64,000 nt of DNA from Oscillospiraceae bacterium (GTDB lineage Bacteria; Bacillota; Clostridia; Oscillospirales; CAG-382): NCBI GenBank assembly GCA_015064625.1, contig SVRW01000008.1, positions 87-64,086 on the forward strand, written 5' to 3'. The stretch's first letter is position 1. Each line of letters opens with the position of its first letter. The position numbers were made by a program, and so were the translations under genes. A model generated the notes under the pieces. The model was given only the letters and a program-made list of their open reading frames with translations, had not been told where the DNA came from and did no database searches. Of this stretch, positions 10,487 through 23,100 are shown in pieces.

Positions 10487-10514
10487 ATTATACCACAATT
10501 TCTCACGCTGTCAA
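10487..10514 (-). promoter_or_regulatory. internal sigma-A promoter for tuf
   Basis: Minus strand reads TTGACA (10514-10509), a 16-nt spacer ending in TGG, then TATAAT (10492-10487), within the fusA-tuf spacer. Confidence 0.6.
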
Positions 10515-10642
10515 GTGTTTTTCAAAAAAAACTCTGAAAAAAAGTTATTTTATCTTCCCATTTTACTGAATTTTGGCGAATTTTGCGTCAAAATTTGGGA
10601 TAAACACTTGCAGCGATACGAAATTCAAGTTACATAGTTTTA

Positions 10643-12721
10643 TTATACGTCCATTTTTCCTGAAACAATTTTTTCAAGAATAGACTTGGGAACCTCTGCA
10701 AAGTGGCTGGGTTCCATAGTGTACTGACCTCTACCCTGAGTCATGGAACGGATAGTGTTGGAGTATCCGAACATTTCAGAAAGGGGAACGTTTGCAGTAA
10801 TCTGCTGAACACCGCCCATAGGTTCTGTTCCTGAAATCTGACCTCTGCGAACGGAGATATCACCGATAACAGAGCCGAGATATTCGTCGGGAACTATTAC
10901 GTTTGTTTTCATGATAGGTTCTGTAAGAACGGGGTTAGCCTTCTTCATAGCGGTTTTGAATGCCATAGAGCCAGCAATCTTAAATGCCATTTCAGAGGAG
11001 TCAACTTCGTGGTAAGAACCGTCAACGAGAGTTACCTTAACGTCAACAACAGGGTAGCCTGCAAGAGTACCGCTCTGCATTGCGCCCTTGATACCTGCTT
11101 CGACAGCAGGGATATATTCTTTAGGAATGTTACCGCCAACAACCTTGCTTTCGAAGGTAAAGCCTGCACCTGGTTCGTTAGGTTCGATTTCGATCTTAAC
11201 GTGACCATACTGACCGTGACCACCAGACTGACGAACAAATTTTTCGTCTGCATAGCCTTTTGTTGTAATGGTTTCTCTGTAGGAAACACGAGGCTTACCT
11301 ACGTTTGCTTCGATTCTGAATTCACGGAGAAGTCTGTCTACGATGATTTCAAGATGAAGCTCACCCATACCTGCGATAATTGTTTGTCCCGTTTCTTCGT
11401 CTGTATAAGTACGGAAGGAGGGATCTTCTTCAGCAAGCTTGGAAAGGGCAATACCCATTTTTTCCTGACCTGCTTTTGTTTTGGGTTCGATAGCAATTCT
11501 GATAACGGGTTCTGGGAACTCAATAGCACCGAGAACGATAGGATGGCTTTCGTCACAAAGAGTGTCACCTGTTGTAGTGTTTTTAAGACCAACGATAGCA
11601 CCGATTTCACCTGCACCGATTTCATCAACGTCTTCTCTGTGGTTAGCATGCATAAGCACGATTCTGCCTAAACGTTCGCGTTTGCCGTTATTTGAGTTGT
11701 AAACCGTTTCGCCTGCTTTAACCGTACCTGAATACACACGGAAGAAGCAAAGCTTTCCGTATGGGTCGGATACGATTTTGAATATGAGAGCAGAGAAAGG
11801 ATCCTTGAGGCTTGCTCCTCTTTCCTCGTCTTCTCTTGTATCAGGGTTAACACCTGTGATGTTTCCAATGTCAATAGGAGAAGGCAAATAATCAACAACA
11901 GCGTCAAGAAGCTTTCTAACGCCTTTATTTTTGAAGGAAGTACCGCAAACAACGGGAATCATTTTGATAGCCAAAGTTGCTTTTCTGATAGCAGCCTTAA
12001 GTTCTTCCTGTGTAATTTCTTCGCCTTCAAGATATTTCATCGCAAGATCGTCGTCTGCATCTGCAGCGGCTTCGATGAGTTTGATTCTGTATTCTTCACA
12101 AAGGTCGAGCATATCAGCGGGAACTTCTTTAACGTCAACGGGAGCATCTGGATCCTGTGCGCCGCTGTAATAATATGCTTTCATTTCTACAAGGTCAACA
12201 AGACCTACAAAGGTTTCAGATGCGCCGATAGGAAGCTGAAGGGGAACAGCATTAGCTTTAAGACGGTCCTTCATCATTTCTACAACGCGGAAGAAGTTAG
12301 CACCGTTAATATCCATTTTATTAACGTAAGCCATTCTGGGAACCTTGTATTTTTCTGCCTGATGCCATACTGTTTCAGACTGAGGTTCAACACCGCCCTT
12401 TGCACAGAAAACTGCAACGGCACCGTCGAGAACACGAAGTGAACGTTCAACTTCTACAGTAAAGTCAACGTGACCAGGTGTGTCGATAATATTGATTCTA
12501 TGATTCTTCCAGAAGCAAGTTGTTGCAGCGGAAGTGATGGTGATACCACGTTCCTGCTCCTGCTTCATGTAGTCCATTGTAGCTGCGCCTTCGTGAGTTT
12601 CACCTAATTTGTGAGTCTTTTTGGTATAGAACAAAATACGTTCGGACGTGGTTGTTTTACCGGCGTCAATATGTGCCATTATACCTATATTTCTCACACG
12701 TTCAAGTGGATATTCGGGCAT
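10643..12721 (-). CDS. fusA: elongation factor G
   Basis: 692 aa. [41 protein letters not shown] and NKMD motifs. Confidence 0.98.
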   Translation of the reverse strand: MPEYPLERVRNIGIMAHIDAGKTTTSERILFYTKKTHKLGETHEGAATMDYMKQEQERGITITSAATTCFWKNHRINIIDTPGHVDFTVEVERSLRVLDGAVAVFCAKGGVEPQSETVWHQAEKYKVPRMAYVNKMDINGANFFRVVEMMKDRLKANAVPLQLPIGASETFVGLVDLVEMKAYYYSGAQDPDAPVDVKEVPADMLDLCEEYRIKLIEAAADADDDLAMKYLEGEEITQEELKAAIRKATLAIKMIPVVCGTSFKNKGVRKLLDAVVDYLPSPIDIGNITGVNPDTREDEERGASLKDPFSALIFKIVSDPYGKLCFFRVYSGTVKAGETVYNSNNGKRERLGRIVLMHANHREDVDEIGAGEIGAIVGLKNTTTGDTLCDESHPIVLGAIEFPEPVIRIAIEPKTKAGQEKMGIALSKLAEEDPSFRTYTDEETGQTIIAGMGELHLEIIVDRLLREFRIEANVGKPRVSYRETITTKGYADEKFVRQSGGHGQYGHVKIEIEPNEPGAGFTFESKVVGGNIPKEYIPAVEAGIKGAMQSGTLAGYPVVDVKVTLVDGSYHEVDSSEMAFKIAGSMAFKTAMKKANPVLTEPIMKTNVIVPDEYLGSVIGDISVRRGQISGTEPMGGVQQITANVPLSEMFGYSNTIRSMTQGRGQYTMEPSHFAEVPKSILEKIVSGKMDV

Positions 12722-12867
12722 AATTATTCTCCTTAATCTTTGTTTTCTTTTTCTTTTCTTCCAGCCTTCTTGGCTTTTTCACTTTTTTCTTTTCTTTTTT
12801 CTCTTATTCTTCTAAATTTCGCCCGACCCGAAAGGGTCGGACGAAAAATAATATCAGGTAAAATTTA

Positions 12868-13338
12868 TTACCACTTGTAGTGAGCAAACGCTTTGTTTGC
12901 TTCTGCCATTCTATGAGTATCGTCTTTCTTCTTAACTGCTGCACCTGTGTTGTTGATAGCATCAAGAATTTCGTTTGCAAGACGGTCGGACATACGCTTG
13001 TCGCTTCTGGCTCTGGAATATGTTACGAGCCAACGGAGTCCGAGAGTTTGTCTTCTTTCAGGTCTAACGTCCATAGGAACCTGATAGTTAGATCCGCCTC
13101 TACGTACAGACTTTACTTCAAGATTGGGCATAATGTTATCGAGAGCTTTCTGGAACTGCTCCAATGCGTTTTCGCCTGATTTTTCTTCTACTTTAGCAAA
13201 TGCATCATAAACGATTTTCTGTGCAACGCCTTTTTTACCGTCGTACATGATGTTGTTGATGAGCTTTGTTACCAATACAGAACCGTACATAGGATCGGGC
13301 AAAACGTCTCTTTTGAAATTATGCACTCTTCTTGGCAC
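12868..13338 (-). CDS. rpsG: 30S ribosomal protein S7
   Basis: ORF track 12868..13356. The first 6 codons of that ORF (ATGAAGGAGGGAAGTAAA) contain the RBS GGAGG. The GTG at 13338, 8 nt downstream, gives the canonical [20 protein letters not shown] start. Confidence 0.95.
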   Translation of the reverse strand: MPRRVHNFKRDVLPDPMYGSVLVTKLINNIMYDGKKGVAQKIVYDAFAKVEEKSGENALEQFQKALDNIMPNLEVKSVRRGGSNYQVPMDVRPERRQTLGLRWLVTYSRARSDKRMSDRLANEILDAINNTGAAVKKKDDTHRMAEANKAFAHYKW

Positions 13339-13483
13339 TTTACTTCCCTCCTTCATAAAATTTGAATGAATTCTCAGGTACTCGAAAATTTCTTTCCGTC
13401 AGTGCTTCGGGTTTTATCCTTATATCATGAGGATATCAGCCTACTTAGCACGAACAAAAATACCGTTTCGGTTTTGTCCCTCC

Positions 13484-13897
13484 TTATGCCTTGGGTCTCT
13501 TGGCACCGTACTTGGAACGGGACTGGTTTCTCTTGGCTACGCCGTTGGTATCAAGAGTTCCGCGGATGATGTGGTAACGTACACCAGGGAGGTCCTTAAC
13601 TCTTCCGCCTCTGATGAGTACAACAGAGTGTTCCTGAAGGTTGTGACCGATACCAGGGATGTATGCTGTTACTTCAAGACCGTTTGTAAGTCTTACTCTG
13701 GCAATTTTACGCTGAGCAGAGTTAGGCTTTTTAGGTGTCTTAATGGCAACCTTTGTGCAAACGCCTCTCTTCTGTGGGGAAGGCATGTCTACCATTTCCT
13801 TTTTAAGAGAGTTGTAAGTCTTCTGAAGAACAGGGGATTTGGATTTCCACACCGACTGCTTTCTACCTTGTCTTACGAGCTGGTTAAATGTAGGCAC
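13484..13897 (-). CDS. rpsL: 30S ribosomal protein S12
   Basis: 137 aa. [25 protein letters not shown]...[10 protein letters not shown] is canonical S12. Confidence 0.97.
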   Translation of the reverse strand: MPTFNQLVRQGRKQSVWKSKSPVLQKTYNSLKKEMVDMPSPQKRGVCTKVAIKTPKKPNSAQRKIARVRLTNGLEVTAYIPGIGHNLQEHSVVLIRGGRVKDLPGVRYHIIRGTLDTNGVAKRNQSRSKYGAKRPKA

Positions 13898-13973
13898 AAT
13901 ATCGCTCCTTTCTTTGAAATTTTTTTATCTCAGGGGGCTTTTTCAAGCCCCCGTGATAAGCTTTAGGGAAAAT

Positions 13974-16900
13974 TTACGAGGGCTGACCGTAACGAAGGTC
14001 GTATGCACCGATTTCTTCTTCCTCGTTGCTTACGATATCGACTCTGTTGTAATGCTTCATACCCGTACCTGCAGGAATGAGCTTACCGATGATAACGTTT
14101 TCTTTCAAGCCGACAAGGTGATCACGCTTTCCTTTGATAGCCGCTTCTGTGAGAACCTTCGTTGTTTCCTGGAAGGAAGCTGCAGAGAGGAAGCTTTCTG
14201 TAGAAAGTGAAGCCTTGGTAATACCGAGAAGCATCGGTGAATAGGTTGCTTCCAAGAGAGGAACTTCCGTTTCGCCTGATTGGTTCTTTCTCTGTATTTC
14301 TTCGTTTGCGGCAAGAACTTCCGCACAATCGACGGACGAGCCTACGAGAAGCTCTGTATCGCCTGCGCTTTCGATCTTAACCTTCTTAGTCATCTGCCGG
14401 GCAATAACTTCAATATGCTTATCGTTGATTTCAACGCCCTGTAATCCGTAAACACGCTGAATTTCTTTGATGATGTATTCATAAACAGCATCAAGACCGC
14501 TGATACGAAGAATGTCTGCAGGAGTTTCAGTACCTTCAGTAAGCTTCTGGCACTTTGTAACTCTGTCGCCCTCTTTAACGAGGATTCTTGCGGCACCGGG
14601 AATTGCGATAGGAGAGGAGGCGGTTCCATCTTCGTCGTTAACGATTGTAATCTGCTTGTTTCTCTTACCGTCTTCAATTCTTACGATACCATCTCTGTCT
14701 GCAAGCTCTGCAGCCTTTTTAGGTCTGCGAGCTTCGAATATTTCTTCAACACGGGGAAGACCCTGTGTAATATCGCTTCCTGCAACACCACCAGTATGGA
14801 ACGTTCTCATGGTAAGCTGTGTACCAGGTTCACCGATGGACTGAGCTGCGATAATACCTACGGATTCACCGATGCTTACGGGGAGACCTGTTGCAAGGTC
14901 AGCACCATAACAGTGAACGCAGATTCCGCGCTGTGCTTTACAGTTAATAACTGAACGGATGCGAACTTCTTCGATGCCGGCTGCAACGATTGCTGCTGCA
15001 TCGGATTCTTTGATGAGCATATTATCAGCAACGATAACTTCGCCTGTTTCGGGATGAACAACGTCACCGATAACGTATCTGCCCACAAGTCTGTTGATGA
15101 ACGGTTCGATAACGGCTTCCTTGCCTCCGTCCGTAACGTCAACGATTTTGCGTACGATAAGACCTCTCTTATCATGGCAGTCATGTTCTCTGACGATAAC
15201 TTCTTGAGATACGTCAACAAGTCTTCTCGTAAGATAACCTGAGTCAGCGGTTCTGAGAGCCGTATCTGCAAGACCTTTACGAGCACCACGGGCAGCGATA
15301 AAGTATTCGAGAACCTTCATGCCTTCGCGGAAGTTAGCCTTAATAGGCATTTCGATAGTCTTACCTGTAGCAGCAAACATAAGTCCACGCATACCGGCAA
15401 GCTGTCTTATCTGTTTTATACTACCTCTGGCTCCTGACGTTGACATCAAGTTAAGAGGATTGTATTTATCAAGGTTACGTTTAAGAGCATCTGTAACTCT
15501 GTTTGTACATGCGCTCCATTCGTCAACAACGCGTTTGCTTCTTTCATCTTCTGAAAGGTAGCCCTTGCGGAAGAATTCGTTGATCTTGTCAACCTTTTGT
15601 TCGGATTCAGCAATAAGTGCCTGTTTTTCGGGAGGTATTGTCATATCGTAAATGGATATGGTAATAGCGGCTCTCGTTGAATACTTGAAGCCCATTGCTT
15701 TCATCATATCGAGAACTTCACAAGTCTTTGCAGTACCGTGAACTCTGATACAACGGTCAACTATTTCGCCAAGCTCGGAGCTTGTTGTTACGAAATCAAT
15801 TTCAGGAACGAAGTCGTTTTCAGGATCAGTTCTGTCAACAAATCCGAGGTCCTGAGGAATGTAGCTGTTGAATATAAGTCTGCCCAAAGTGGAATGAACG
15901 ATACCTGTTTTCTGTTCGCCCCTTACCTCACGGGTCATTCTTACTGAAATCTTGGCATGAAGTCCCAAATCACCATTCTGATATGCCATCTGGGCTTCTT
16001 CATAATCCTTGAAGATACTGCCTTCACCGATTTCTCCGTCTTTTTCCATAGTGAGATAGAATGAACCGAGAACCATATCCTGTGAAGGAATCGTAACGGC
16101 TTTACCGTTAACGGGTTTAAGCAGGTTGTTTGCAGAAAGCATAAGGAATCTTGCTTCTGCCTGAGCTTCAACGGAAAGAGGAACGTGAACAGGCATCTGG
16201 TCACCGTCAAAGTCTGCGTTGAAAGCTGTACATACGAGAGGATGAAGCTTAATCGCTCTGCCCTCAACCAATATAGGCTCGAAAGCCTGAATTGAAAGTC
16301 TATGAAGCGTAGGCGCACGGTTCAAAAGAACAGGATGTTCCTTGATAACGCCTTCCAATGCATCCCAAACCTCATCAGTTGCACGTTCAACTCTCTTTTT
16401 AGCGTCCTTAATATTCTTTGCAATACCTGAAGCTACGAGAGTTTTCATAACGAAAGGCTTGAAAAGCTCAAGAGCCATTTCCTTAGGAAGACCGCACTGA
16501 TAGATCTTCAGTTCAGGACCAACAACGATAACGGAACGGCCTGAATAGTCAACACGCTTACCGAGAAGGTTCTGTCTGAAGCGTCCCTGCTTACCTCTGA
16601 GCATTTCAGAGAGAGACTTAAGGGGACGTGTATTTGCACCGATAACCGCACGGCTTCTCTTGCCATTGTCAATAAGGGAGTCAACAGCTTCTTGAAGCAT
16701 ACGTTTTTCGTTTCTGATGATGATGCTGGGTGCTTTCAGATCCATAAGCTTTCTCAAACGGTTATTTCTGTTGATAACACGTCTGTAAAGATCGTTAAGG
16801 TCACTTGTAGCGAATCTGCCGCCGTCAAGCTGAACCATAGGTCTGATTTCAGGGGGAATAACGGGAAGCACGTCAAGAATCATCCATTCGGGCTTGTTGC

Positions 16901-17567
16901 CTGATGTACGGAAAGATTCAACAACTTCAAGGCGTTTTACAAACTTTGCCTTGCGCTGTCCCTGAGCTGTGATAAGCTCGTTTTTAAGATATGCGGAAAG
17001 TTCTTCAAGGTCTATCTCCTGCAAAAGCTCTTTTATAGCTTCTGCACCGATACCTACTCTGAAATCGTCTTCATATCTTTCATAGTATTCTTTATACTGG
17101 GATTCCGTAAGAATCTGCTTTTTCTTAAGAGAATCTACAGGACCAGGATCAAGAACGATATAGTTTGCAAAATAGAGAACCTTTTCAAGATTCTTTGGAG
17201 AAAGGTCGAGCATAAGTCCCAATCTTGAAGGGATAGCTCTGAAATACCAGAAGTGAGAAACAGGAGCGGCAAGCTCAACGTGACCCATTCTTTCACGTCT
17301 TACCTTGTTTGTGGTAATCTCAACGCCGCACTTTTCACAAACCTGTCCTTTTTCATGGATTCTTTTGTATTTTCCGCAGCTACATTCCCAGTCCTTCTGA
17401 GGCCCGAAGATTCTTTCGCAGAAAAGACCGTCTTTTTCGGGTTTAAGGCTTCTGTAGTTTATGGTTTCAGGCTTTTTAACTTCACCGTAGGACCATTCGC
17501 GGATTTTCTCGGGAGATGCAAGACCAATCTGAATCGACTCAAATTCTATGTGTTCATTTTCAACCAT
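13974..17567 (-). CDS. rpoC: DNA-directed RNA polymerase subunit beta'
   Basis: 1197 aa. Zinc-finger [22 protein letters not shown], the NADFDGDQM catalytic motif, and the position after rpoB. Confidence 0.98.
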   Translation of the reverse strand: MVENEHIEFESIQIGLASPEKIREWSYGEVKKPETINYRSLKPEKDGLFCERIFGPQKDWECSCGKYKRIHEKGQVCEKCGVEITTNKVRRERMGHVELAAPVSHFWYFRAIPSRLGLMLDLSPKNLEKVLYFANYIVLDPGPVDSLKKKQILTESQYKEYYERYEDDFRVGIGAEAIKELLQEIDLEELSAYLKNELITAQGQRKAKFVKRLEVVESFRTSGNKPEWMILDVLPVIPPEIRPMVQLDGGRFATSDLNDLYRRVINRNNRLRKLMDLKAPSIIIRNEKRMLQEAVDSLIDNGKRSRAVIGANTRPLKSLSEMLRGKQGRFRQNLLGKRVDYSGRSVIVVGPELKIYQCGLPKEMALELFKPFVMKTLVASGIAKNIKDAKKRVERATDEVWDALEGVIKEHPVLLNRAPTLHRLSIQAFEPILVEGRAIKLHPLVCTAFNADFDGDQMPVHVPLSVEAQAEARFLMLSANNLLKPVNGKAVTIPSQDMVLGSFYLTMEKDGEIGEGSIFKDYEEAQMAYQNGDLGLHAKISVRMTREVRGEQKTGIVHSTLGRLIFNSYIPQDLGFVDRTDPENDFVPEIDFVTTSSELGEIVDRCIRVHGTAKTCEVLDMMKAMGFKYSTRAAITISIYDMTIPPEKQALIAESEQKVDKINEFFRKGYLSEDERSKRVVDEWSACTNRVTDALKRNLDKYNPLNLMSTSGARGSIKQIRQLAGMRGLMFAATGKTIEMPIKANFREGMKVLEYFIAARGARKGLADTALRTADSGYLTRRLVDVSQEVIVREHDCHDKRGLIVRKIVDVTDGGKEAVIEPFINRLVGRYVIGDVVHPETGEVIVADNMLIKESDAAAIVAAGIEEVRIRSVINCKAQRGICVHCYGADLATGLPVSIGESVGIIAAQSIGEPGTQLTMRTFHTGGVAGSDITQGLPRVEEIFEARRPKKAAELADRDGIVRIEDGKRNKQITIVNDEDGTASSPIAIPGAARILVKEGDRVTKCQKLTEGTETPADILRISGLDAVYEYIIKEIQRVYGLQGVEINDKHIEVIARQMTKKVKIESAGDTELLVGSSVDCAEVLAANEEIQRKNQSGETEVPLLEATYSPMLLGITKASLSTESFLSAASFQETTKVLTEAAIKGKRDHLVGLKENVIIGKLIPAGTGMKHYNRVDIVSNEEEEIGAYDLRYGQPS

Positions 17568-17586
17568 GTCTGTTACCTCCTCTTAA

Positions 17587-20500
17587 TTATTCATAATCGT
17601 CTGCGGCAGAGCCGAAGCTGTCCGCTGAACTGTAATCATCGCTTGAATCATCAAGGATATCCGAATCCTCGTCAACGTTCTGCATACCGTCGAAATCGTC
17701 AGCCAACGTTGCTTCGCCCAGCAAGGATGCGTCGAATTCTTCTTCGTCACCTCTTGTGATCGGGCTTTCGTTTTCGTCGGAATAGTCCTTCAGATTGATT
17801 TCGTTGTTATCCTTATCGAATACTCTGATATCCAATCCCAAGGACTGAAGCTCTTTAACGAGAACCTTAAATGATGCAGGAACACCTGGTTTAGGAATAT
17901 TCTTACCTTCAACGATAGCCTGGAATGCCTTGAGACGACCCTTGATATCGTCGGACTTAACAGTAAGAATTTCTTGAAGTGTATATGCTGCACCGTATGC
18001 TTCCAATGCCCAAACTTCCATTTCACCGAAACGCTGTCCGCCGAATTGAGCTTTACCGCCCAAAGGCTGCTGTGTAACGAGGGAGTAAGGACCTGTGGAT
18101 CTTGCGTGAATCTTATCGTCAACCAAGTGGTGAAGCTTTAAGAAGTACACGTATCCAACAGTTACGGGGTTATCAAAGGGTTCGCCCGTTCTGCCGTCGT
18201 AAAGTATTGTTTTACCATCATCGCGGAGTCCTGCCATTCTGAGACATTCCGCAATATCTCTTTCGTTTGCACCGTCAAATACAGGGGTCATTACTTTCCA
18301 ACCCAATTTCTTTGCGGCAATACCCAAGTGAACCTCAAGAACCTGTCCGATGTTCATACGTGAAGGAACGCCAAGGGGATTAAGAACGATATCAAGAGGC
18401 GTACCATCGGGAAGGAAAGGCATATCTTCCGTTGGGAGTATTCTTGAAATAACACCCTTGTTACCGTGACGGCCAGCCATTTTGTCACCAACGGATATCT
18501 TACGCTTCTGAGCAATATAAACTCTTACAACCTTGATAACACCTGGTTGGAGAACGTCACAATCGTCTCTTGAGAATTCTTTAACGTCGAGAACTATACC
18601 CTGTTCACCGTGAGGAAGTTTAAGAGAAGTATCTCTTACGTCTCTTGCTTTTTCACCGAAGATAGCTCTGAGAAGTCTTTCATCGGGAGTAAGCTCGGTT
18701 TCTCCCTTAGGAGTTACCTTACCAACGAGGATATCGCCTGAACGAACCTCTGCGCCGATACGGATAACACCGTTTTCGTCAAGGTTTTCAAGAACTGCTT
18801 CGCCTACGTTGGGAATATCACGGGTAATTTCTTCAGGGCCTAATTTTGTATCTCTGGATTCGCACATATATTCCTCAATATGTATTGAGGTGTATACGTC
18901 TTCTCTTACCAATCTTTCGTTAAGCAAAACAGCATCTTCGTAGTTGTAACCTTCCCATGTCATAAAGCCGATGAGAACGTTCTTACCCAAAGAAACTTCG
19001 CCATTGCTCGTAGAAGGTCCGTCTGCGATAAGGTCGCCTTCCTTAACGATGTCGCCCTTGTGTACAACGGGTCTTTGATTTACGCAAGTGCCCTGGTTGG
19101 AGCGCTTGAATTTAGTAAGAGTATAAATATTTTTCGTGCCGTCGGGAGCACGAGTGATAACTCTGTCAGCGGTAACGGATTCAACAACACCGTCTCTTAC
19201 CGCATGTACCATTACCCAGGAGTCCTTGGCTGCCTTGTATTCCATACCGGTAGCAACTATTGGGGATTCGGTAATCATAAGAGGAACTGCCTGCTTCTGC
19301 ATGTTTGAACCCATAAGTGCTCTGGAGTTGTCGTCGTTTTCAAGGAATGGGATCATTGCCGTTGCGACGGAAACTACCATTTTTGCAGATACGTCCATCA
19401 TATCTACTTCTTTAGGTTCAAATTCACCGATATAATCCTTATGTCTGCAAACAACCTTCTTATTGAGGAAGTTGCCGTTTTCGTCCAGAAGCTCGTCTGC
19501 TGTTGCAACAACGCATTCGTCTTCTTCGTCTGCAGTAAGGTATTTTATTTCTTTCGTAACTACGCCGTCTTTAACAACTCTGTAAGGAGCTTCGATAAAT
19601 CCGAATTTGTTAACCTTTGCGTATGTGGAAAGATAGGAAATAAGACCGATGTTAGGACCTTCAGGGGTTTCGATAGGACACATTCTTCCGTAATGGGTGT
19701 AGTGAACGTCACGAACCTCGAAGGATGCTCTGTCTCTGCTGAGTCCTCCAGGACCCAACGCAGAAAGACGACGCTTATGAGTAAGCTCTGCCAAGGGGTT
19801 CGTCTGATCCATAAACTGAGAAAGAGGAGAAGAACCGAAGAAGTTTCTTATTGCGGCAGAGATAGGTCTTGTATTGATAAGTGACTGAACAGTAACGTTT
19901 TCCATGTTTTGAGCGTTCATTTTGTCTTTAACGTTTCTGTCCATTCTGGAGAATCCGATTCGGAGCTGGTTGAGCAAAAGTTCACCAACAGAACGGAGTC
20001 TTCTGTTGCCAAGGTGGTCTATGTCATCACATTTGCCCACACCATGGCTGAGACCAAGCATATAGTTAACGGAAGCAAAAATATCGTCAAGCGTGATATG
20101 CTTTGCAACCAACTCATCATGTCTGTCTCTGATAGCTTCACGGAGAGCATCAAGGTCGGATGTTCCAACTTCTTCAATAATCTCCATGAAAGGCTCTATG
20201 CTGACTTTTTCAGAAAGTCCCAATTCTTCATTGGAAATTCCGCAAAGCTTTTCAGCATCAACTGTTTTATTGGAGAATACAACGATACCGCTTTCATCTT
20301 CAGTATCAACAACAACTCTCCATACACCGTTGTTTTCAATAGCTTCAGCCATTTCTCTGGTGATTTTTTCACCCGGCATACAAACAATTTCACCTGTGAT
20401 GGCAGATATTGCAGGTTCAGCAAGAGTGAGACCGACAATACGTTTTGAAAGGCAAAGCTTTTTATTGAATTTATATCTTCCTACGGAAGAAATTTCATAA

Positions 20501-21318
20501 CGTTTAGTATCAAAGAAAAGGTTATTGAGAAGCACCTGCGCGCTTTCAACTATTGGAGGATCGCCCGGACGGAGCTTCTTATAGATTTCCTTAAGAGCCT
20601 CGTCTGAGGGAGAAGTTTTATATTTGAGAGCTTCGGAAACGGAAGTATCCTTTTCTATTGTTCTCTCAAGCTTTTCTTCTTTACCGAAAAGTTCATAAAT
20701 CTGCTCGTCCTCACCCAAGCCAAAGGCTCTGAGAAGAACGGTAACGGGAAGCTTTCTGTTTTTATCTATTCTTACGTAGAAAACGTCGGAAGCATCCGTT
20801 TCGTATTCAAGCCACGCTCCTCTGTAAGGAATAATGGTTGAAGAAAAGAGCTCTTTTCCGTTTTTGTCGCTTGTGCTTTCATAATATGCACCCGGAGAAC
20901 GAACGATCTGAGAAACAATAACTCTTTCCGCACCGTTGATAATAAACGTACCACCGTCAGTCATCATGGGGAAGTTGCCCATGAAAATCTCACTCTGGTT
21001 GATGATATTTCCCGTCGCCTTATTTATAAGACGAGCGTTTACGGTGAAACGTACGGAATAGTCCACGTCTCTTTCTTTACACTCTTCTACGGAGAATCTG
21101 GGCGTGTCGCTCAAGGAATAATCGTAGAATTCGATAATAAGATTACCCGAATAGTCAACCATTGGGGAAACGTCTTCAAGAACTTCTCTTATACCTTTTT
21201 CAATAAATTCCCTGAAGGATTTTTTCTGAATCTCTATAAGATCCGGCATATCAAGCACTTCATCGTGCTTTGAAAATGACTTTCTCACATTTCTGCCCAA
21301 CTTACAGTCTTTAACCAT
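17587..21318 (-). CDS. rpoB: DNA-directed RNA polymerase subunit beta
   Basis: ORF track 17587..21399. The ATG at 21318 ([35 protein letters not shown]) follows GGAGAG. Conserved RpoB blocks run throughout. The last ~70 aa form an Asp/Glu/Ser-rich tail. Confidence 0.97.
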   Translation of the reverse strand: MVKDCKLGRNVRKSFSKHDEVLDMPDLIEIQKKSFREFIEKGIREVLEDVSPMVDYSGNLIIEFYDYSLSDTPRFSVEECKERDVDYSVRFTVNARLINKATGNIINQSEIFMGNFPMMTDGGTFIINGAERVIVSQIVRSPGAYYESTSDKNGKELFSSTIIPYRGAWLEYETDASDVFYVRIDKNRKLPVTVLLRAFGLGEDEQIYELFGKEEKLERTIEKDTSVSEALKYKTSPSDEALKEIYKKLRPGDPPIVESAQVLLNNLFFDTKRYEISSVGRYKFNKKLCLSKRIVGLTLAEPAISAITGEIVCMPGEKITREMAEAIENNGVWRVVVDTEDESGIVVFSNKTVDAEKLCGISNEELGLSEKVSIEPFMEIIEEVGTSDLDALREAIRDRHDELVAKHITLDDIFASVNYMLGLSHGVGKCDDIDHLGNRRLRSVGELLLNQLRIGFSRMDRNVKDKMNAQNMENVTVQSLINTRPISAAIRNFFGSSPLSQFMDQTNPLAELTHKRRLSALGPGGLSRDRASFEVRDVHYTHYGRMCPIETPEGPNIGLISYLSTYAKVNKFGFIEAPYRVVKDGVVTKEIKYLTADEEDECVVATADELLDENGNFLNKKVVCRHKDYIGEFEPKEVDMMDVSAKMVVSVATAMIPFLENDDNSRALMGSNMQKQAVPLMITESPIVATGMEYKAAKDSWVMVHAVRDGVVESVTADRVITRAPDGTKNIYTLTKFKRSNQGTCVNQRPVVHKGDIVKEGDLIADGPSTSNGEVSLGKNVLIGFMTWEGYNYEDAVLLNERLVREDVYTSIHIEEYMCESRDTKLGPEEITRDIPNVGEAVLENLDENGVIRIGAEVRSGDILVGKVTPKGETELTPDERLLRAIFGEKARDVRDTSLKLPHGEQGIVLDVKEFSRDDCDVLQPGVIKVVRVYIAQKRKISVGDKMAGRHGNKGVISRILPTEDMPFLPDGTPLDIVLNPLGVPSRMNIGQVLEVHLGIAAKKLGWKVMTPVFDGANERDIAECLRMAGLRDDGKTILYDGRTGEPFDNPVTVGYVYFLKLHHLVDDKIHARSTGPYSLVTQQPLGGKAQFGGQRFGEMEVWALEAYGAAYTLQEILTVKSDDIKGRLKAFQAIVEGKNIPKPGVPASFKVLVKELQSLGLDIRVFDKDNNEINLKDYSDENESPITRGDEEEFDASLLGEATLADDFDGMQNVDEDSDILDDSSDDYSSADSFGSAADDYE

Positions 21319-21561
21319 TTTCTCACTCTCTCCTTCGTTATTGTCACAAAGTTTTCGCAAAGCCTGTGGATCACAAGGATTTTTTATCCCTCTCACCACA
21401 TCGATCCATTTTTGAACGTCTTAACACTTTATTATCGCTTTACTAACAAAAAATACCATTTCATCCACGTTTGTTTCGTTGATGTTAAGCGAACATTTCT
21501 GTGTTTTTACCACAAAAACGGCATACTACGCCCATCCAAACCATGGTAGGCGCAGTATGCA

Positions 21562-21590
21562 ATATTATCACAAATATTTCCTTTTGTCAA
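21562..21590 (-). promoter_or_regulatory. sigma-A promoter for rpoB-rpoC
   Basis: Minus strand reads TTGACA (21590-21585), a 17-nt spacer, then TAATAT (21567-21562). This implies a ~240-nt leader before the rpoB ATG. Confidence 0.6.
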
Positions 21591-21624
21591 TAGCTTTTTT
21601 GAAAAAAGTTAAAAAGATTTTTTG

Positions 21625-21852
21625 GGCAGGAGGCTGACGCCAAGGCAAGAGGCAAGAGGCAGGAGGCAAGAGGCGATAGTAATTCGGAATTCGGAGTTCG
21701 GAATGCGGAATGATTAAAAAGCATGGTTTCGAGGATTCTCAAGCCCGTTCTTTATCTATTTTCATTTTGAATAATATAATAAAATATTTTTCGACCATCG
21801 GGAGAAAAATTTCAATAATTTTCAATTTTCAACTGTCAATTTTCAATTCAAT
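21625..21852. repeat. interspersed repeat family, copy A (three heptamer arrays + half hairpin core)
   Basis: Starts ggcaggaggctgacgccaag.
Array 1, 21644-21674: GGCAAGA units.
Array 2, 21681-21712: AATTCGG units.
Core arm, ~21779-21813: aatatttttcgaccatcgggagaaaaatttc.
Array 3, 21817-21849: AATTTTC units.
Shares strings with the copies at 32993, 40505 and 43764. Confidence 0.75.
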
Positions 21853-21875
21853 GTGTTTTTCTGCATTCCTTGTAT

Positions 21876-21905
21876 AAACAAAGAAAAACCCCTTTCGGAG
21901 TTTTT
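21876..21905 (-). terminator. rho-independent terminator of serA
   Basis: On the minus strand, AAAAACUCC-GAAA-GGGGUUUUU (21905-21884) is followed by CUUUGUUU, 20 nt after the serA stop. Confidence 0.6.
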
Positions 21906-21924
21906 CCTGTTATTTACATCATAA

Positions 21925-23085
21925 TTATATAACTCTTACTCTGATAACGCCTTCAACCGCAGCGATATCAGAAATCATCTTTTCCGTTATATCGGAATTC
22001 GTATCGATCAACGTGCAAGCTTTTGTATTTTTGGAACGGTTGATCATACCTTCAATATTGATTCCATCGCTGCCGAACACGCCTGAAAGGTTTGTAAGAA
22101 CGTTGGGAATGTTTTCGTGAAGAACAACGATTCTCTTTGTTCCTGTTTTAGGAAGAACTGTATCTGGATAGTTTACACTATGTCTGATGTTTCCGTTTTC
22201 AATGAAGTCGATAAGCTCTTCAGCAGCCATAACTGCGCAGTTATCTTCAGACTCGGGAGTGGAAGCTCCAAGGTGAGGAGTTGTAACTATTCCCTTTACA
22301 CCGACTGTTTCATTATTAGGGAAGTCTGTTACGTATCTTGCAACCTTGCCCGATTCAAGAGCTGCTTTCATATCTGCAACGTTAACAAGGTCTGCTCTGG
22401 AAAGGTTGATGATTCTTACACCGTCTTTCATAAGAGCCAAAGTGTCTGCATTTATCATTCCTTTTGTTTGAGGAGTTGCAGGAACGTGAATAGATATGTA
22501 ATCGCTTGCAGCGTAAACGTCTTCAAAGGTCTCAGCCTTTTTAACGTTAACGTCAAGTCTCCATGCTGCGTCAACAGTCATATAAGGGTCACAACCGAGA
22601 ACGTTCATTCCAAGAGCGAGAGCTGCGTTTGCAACCATGCCGCCGATAGCACCAAGACCGATAATACCCAAGGTTTTACCTTTAAGCTCAGGTCCTACAA
22701 ATGCGGATTTGCCTTTTTCAACTGCTTTTGCAATATCTTCAGTTCCTTCAAGGCTCTTTGCCCATTCAATACCGCCTACGATATCACGGGATGCCATAAG
22801 GAGAGAAGCAATAGCAAGCTCTTTAACGCCGTTTGCGTTTGCACCCGGTGTGTTAAAAACAACAATACCCTGTTCTGCACATTTATCGCAAGGAATGTTG
22901 TTAACACCTGCGCCGCAACGTGCAACAGCGAGAAGCTCCTTTCCAAATTCCATATCATGCATGGAAGCGGAACGAACCATTATAGCATCTGGATTTTCAA
23001 CAGCTTCGGAAACGTTATATTTTGAGGTATCGAATTTTTCCGTACCGTATTTGCTTATTTTATTAAGAAGTTTTATGTTTTTCAT
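21925..23085 (-). CDS. serA: D-3-phosphoglycerate dehydrogenase (2-hydroxyacid dehydrogenase + C-terminal ACT-like domain)
   Basis: 386 aa. NAD-binding GIIGLGAIGGMVA. GGAGG RBS. Lies immediately downstream of serC. Confidence 0.88.
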   Translation of the reverse strand: MKNIKLLNKISKYGTEKFDTSKYNVSEAVENPDAIMVRSASMHDMEFGKELLAVARCGAGVNNIPCDKCAEQGIVVFNTPGANANGVKELAIASLLMASRDIVGGIEWAKSLEGTEDIAKAVEKGKSAFVGPELKGKTLGIIGLGAIGGMVANAALALGMNVLGCDPYMTVDAAWRLDVNVKKAETFEDVYAASDYISIHVPATPQTKGMINADTLALMKDGVRIINLSRADLVNVADMKAALESGKVARYVTDFPNNETVGVKGIVTTPHLGASTPESEDNCAVMAAEELIDFIENGNIRHSVNYPDTVLPKTGTKRIVVLHENIPNVLTNLSGVFGSDGINIEGMINRSKNTKACTLIDTNSDITEKMISDIAAVEGVIRVRVI

Positions 23086-23100
23086 TTTTTCCTCCGAGAT

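Noticed and set aside
11009-12170. Several 70-220-aa ORFs on both strands inside fusA
   Set aside because: These are shadow or alternate-frame ORFs of EF-G, and none has independent support. The same reasoning applies to the internal ORFs listed within rpoB, rpoC and the GH43 genes.
13933-13952. GC-rich stem-loops in the rpoC-rpsL spacer (gggggctt-tttc-aagccccc) and in the rpsG-fusA spacer (ccgaccc-gaaa-gggtcgg at 12823-12840)
   Set aside because: Neither is followed by a U tract on the transcribed (minus) strand, so I did not call them terminators. They may be processing or attenuation sites, but I cannot support that from sequence alone.
21644-21849. Possibility that the heptamer arrays are a CRISPR array or a coding low-complexity repeat
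   Set aside because: The units are only 7 nt with no spacers, there are no cas genes, and stop codons occur in all frames nearby. I kept them as a non-coding repeat.
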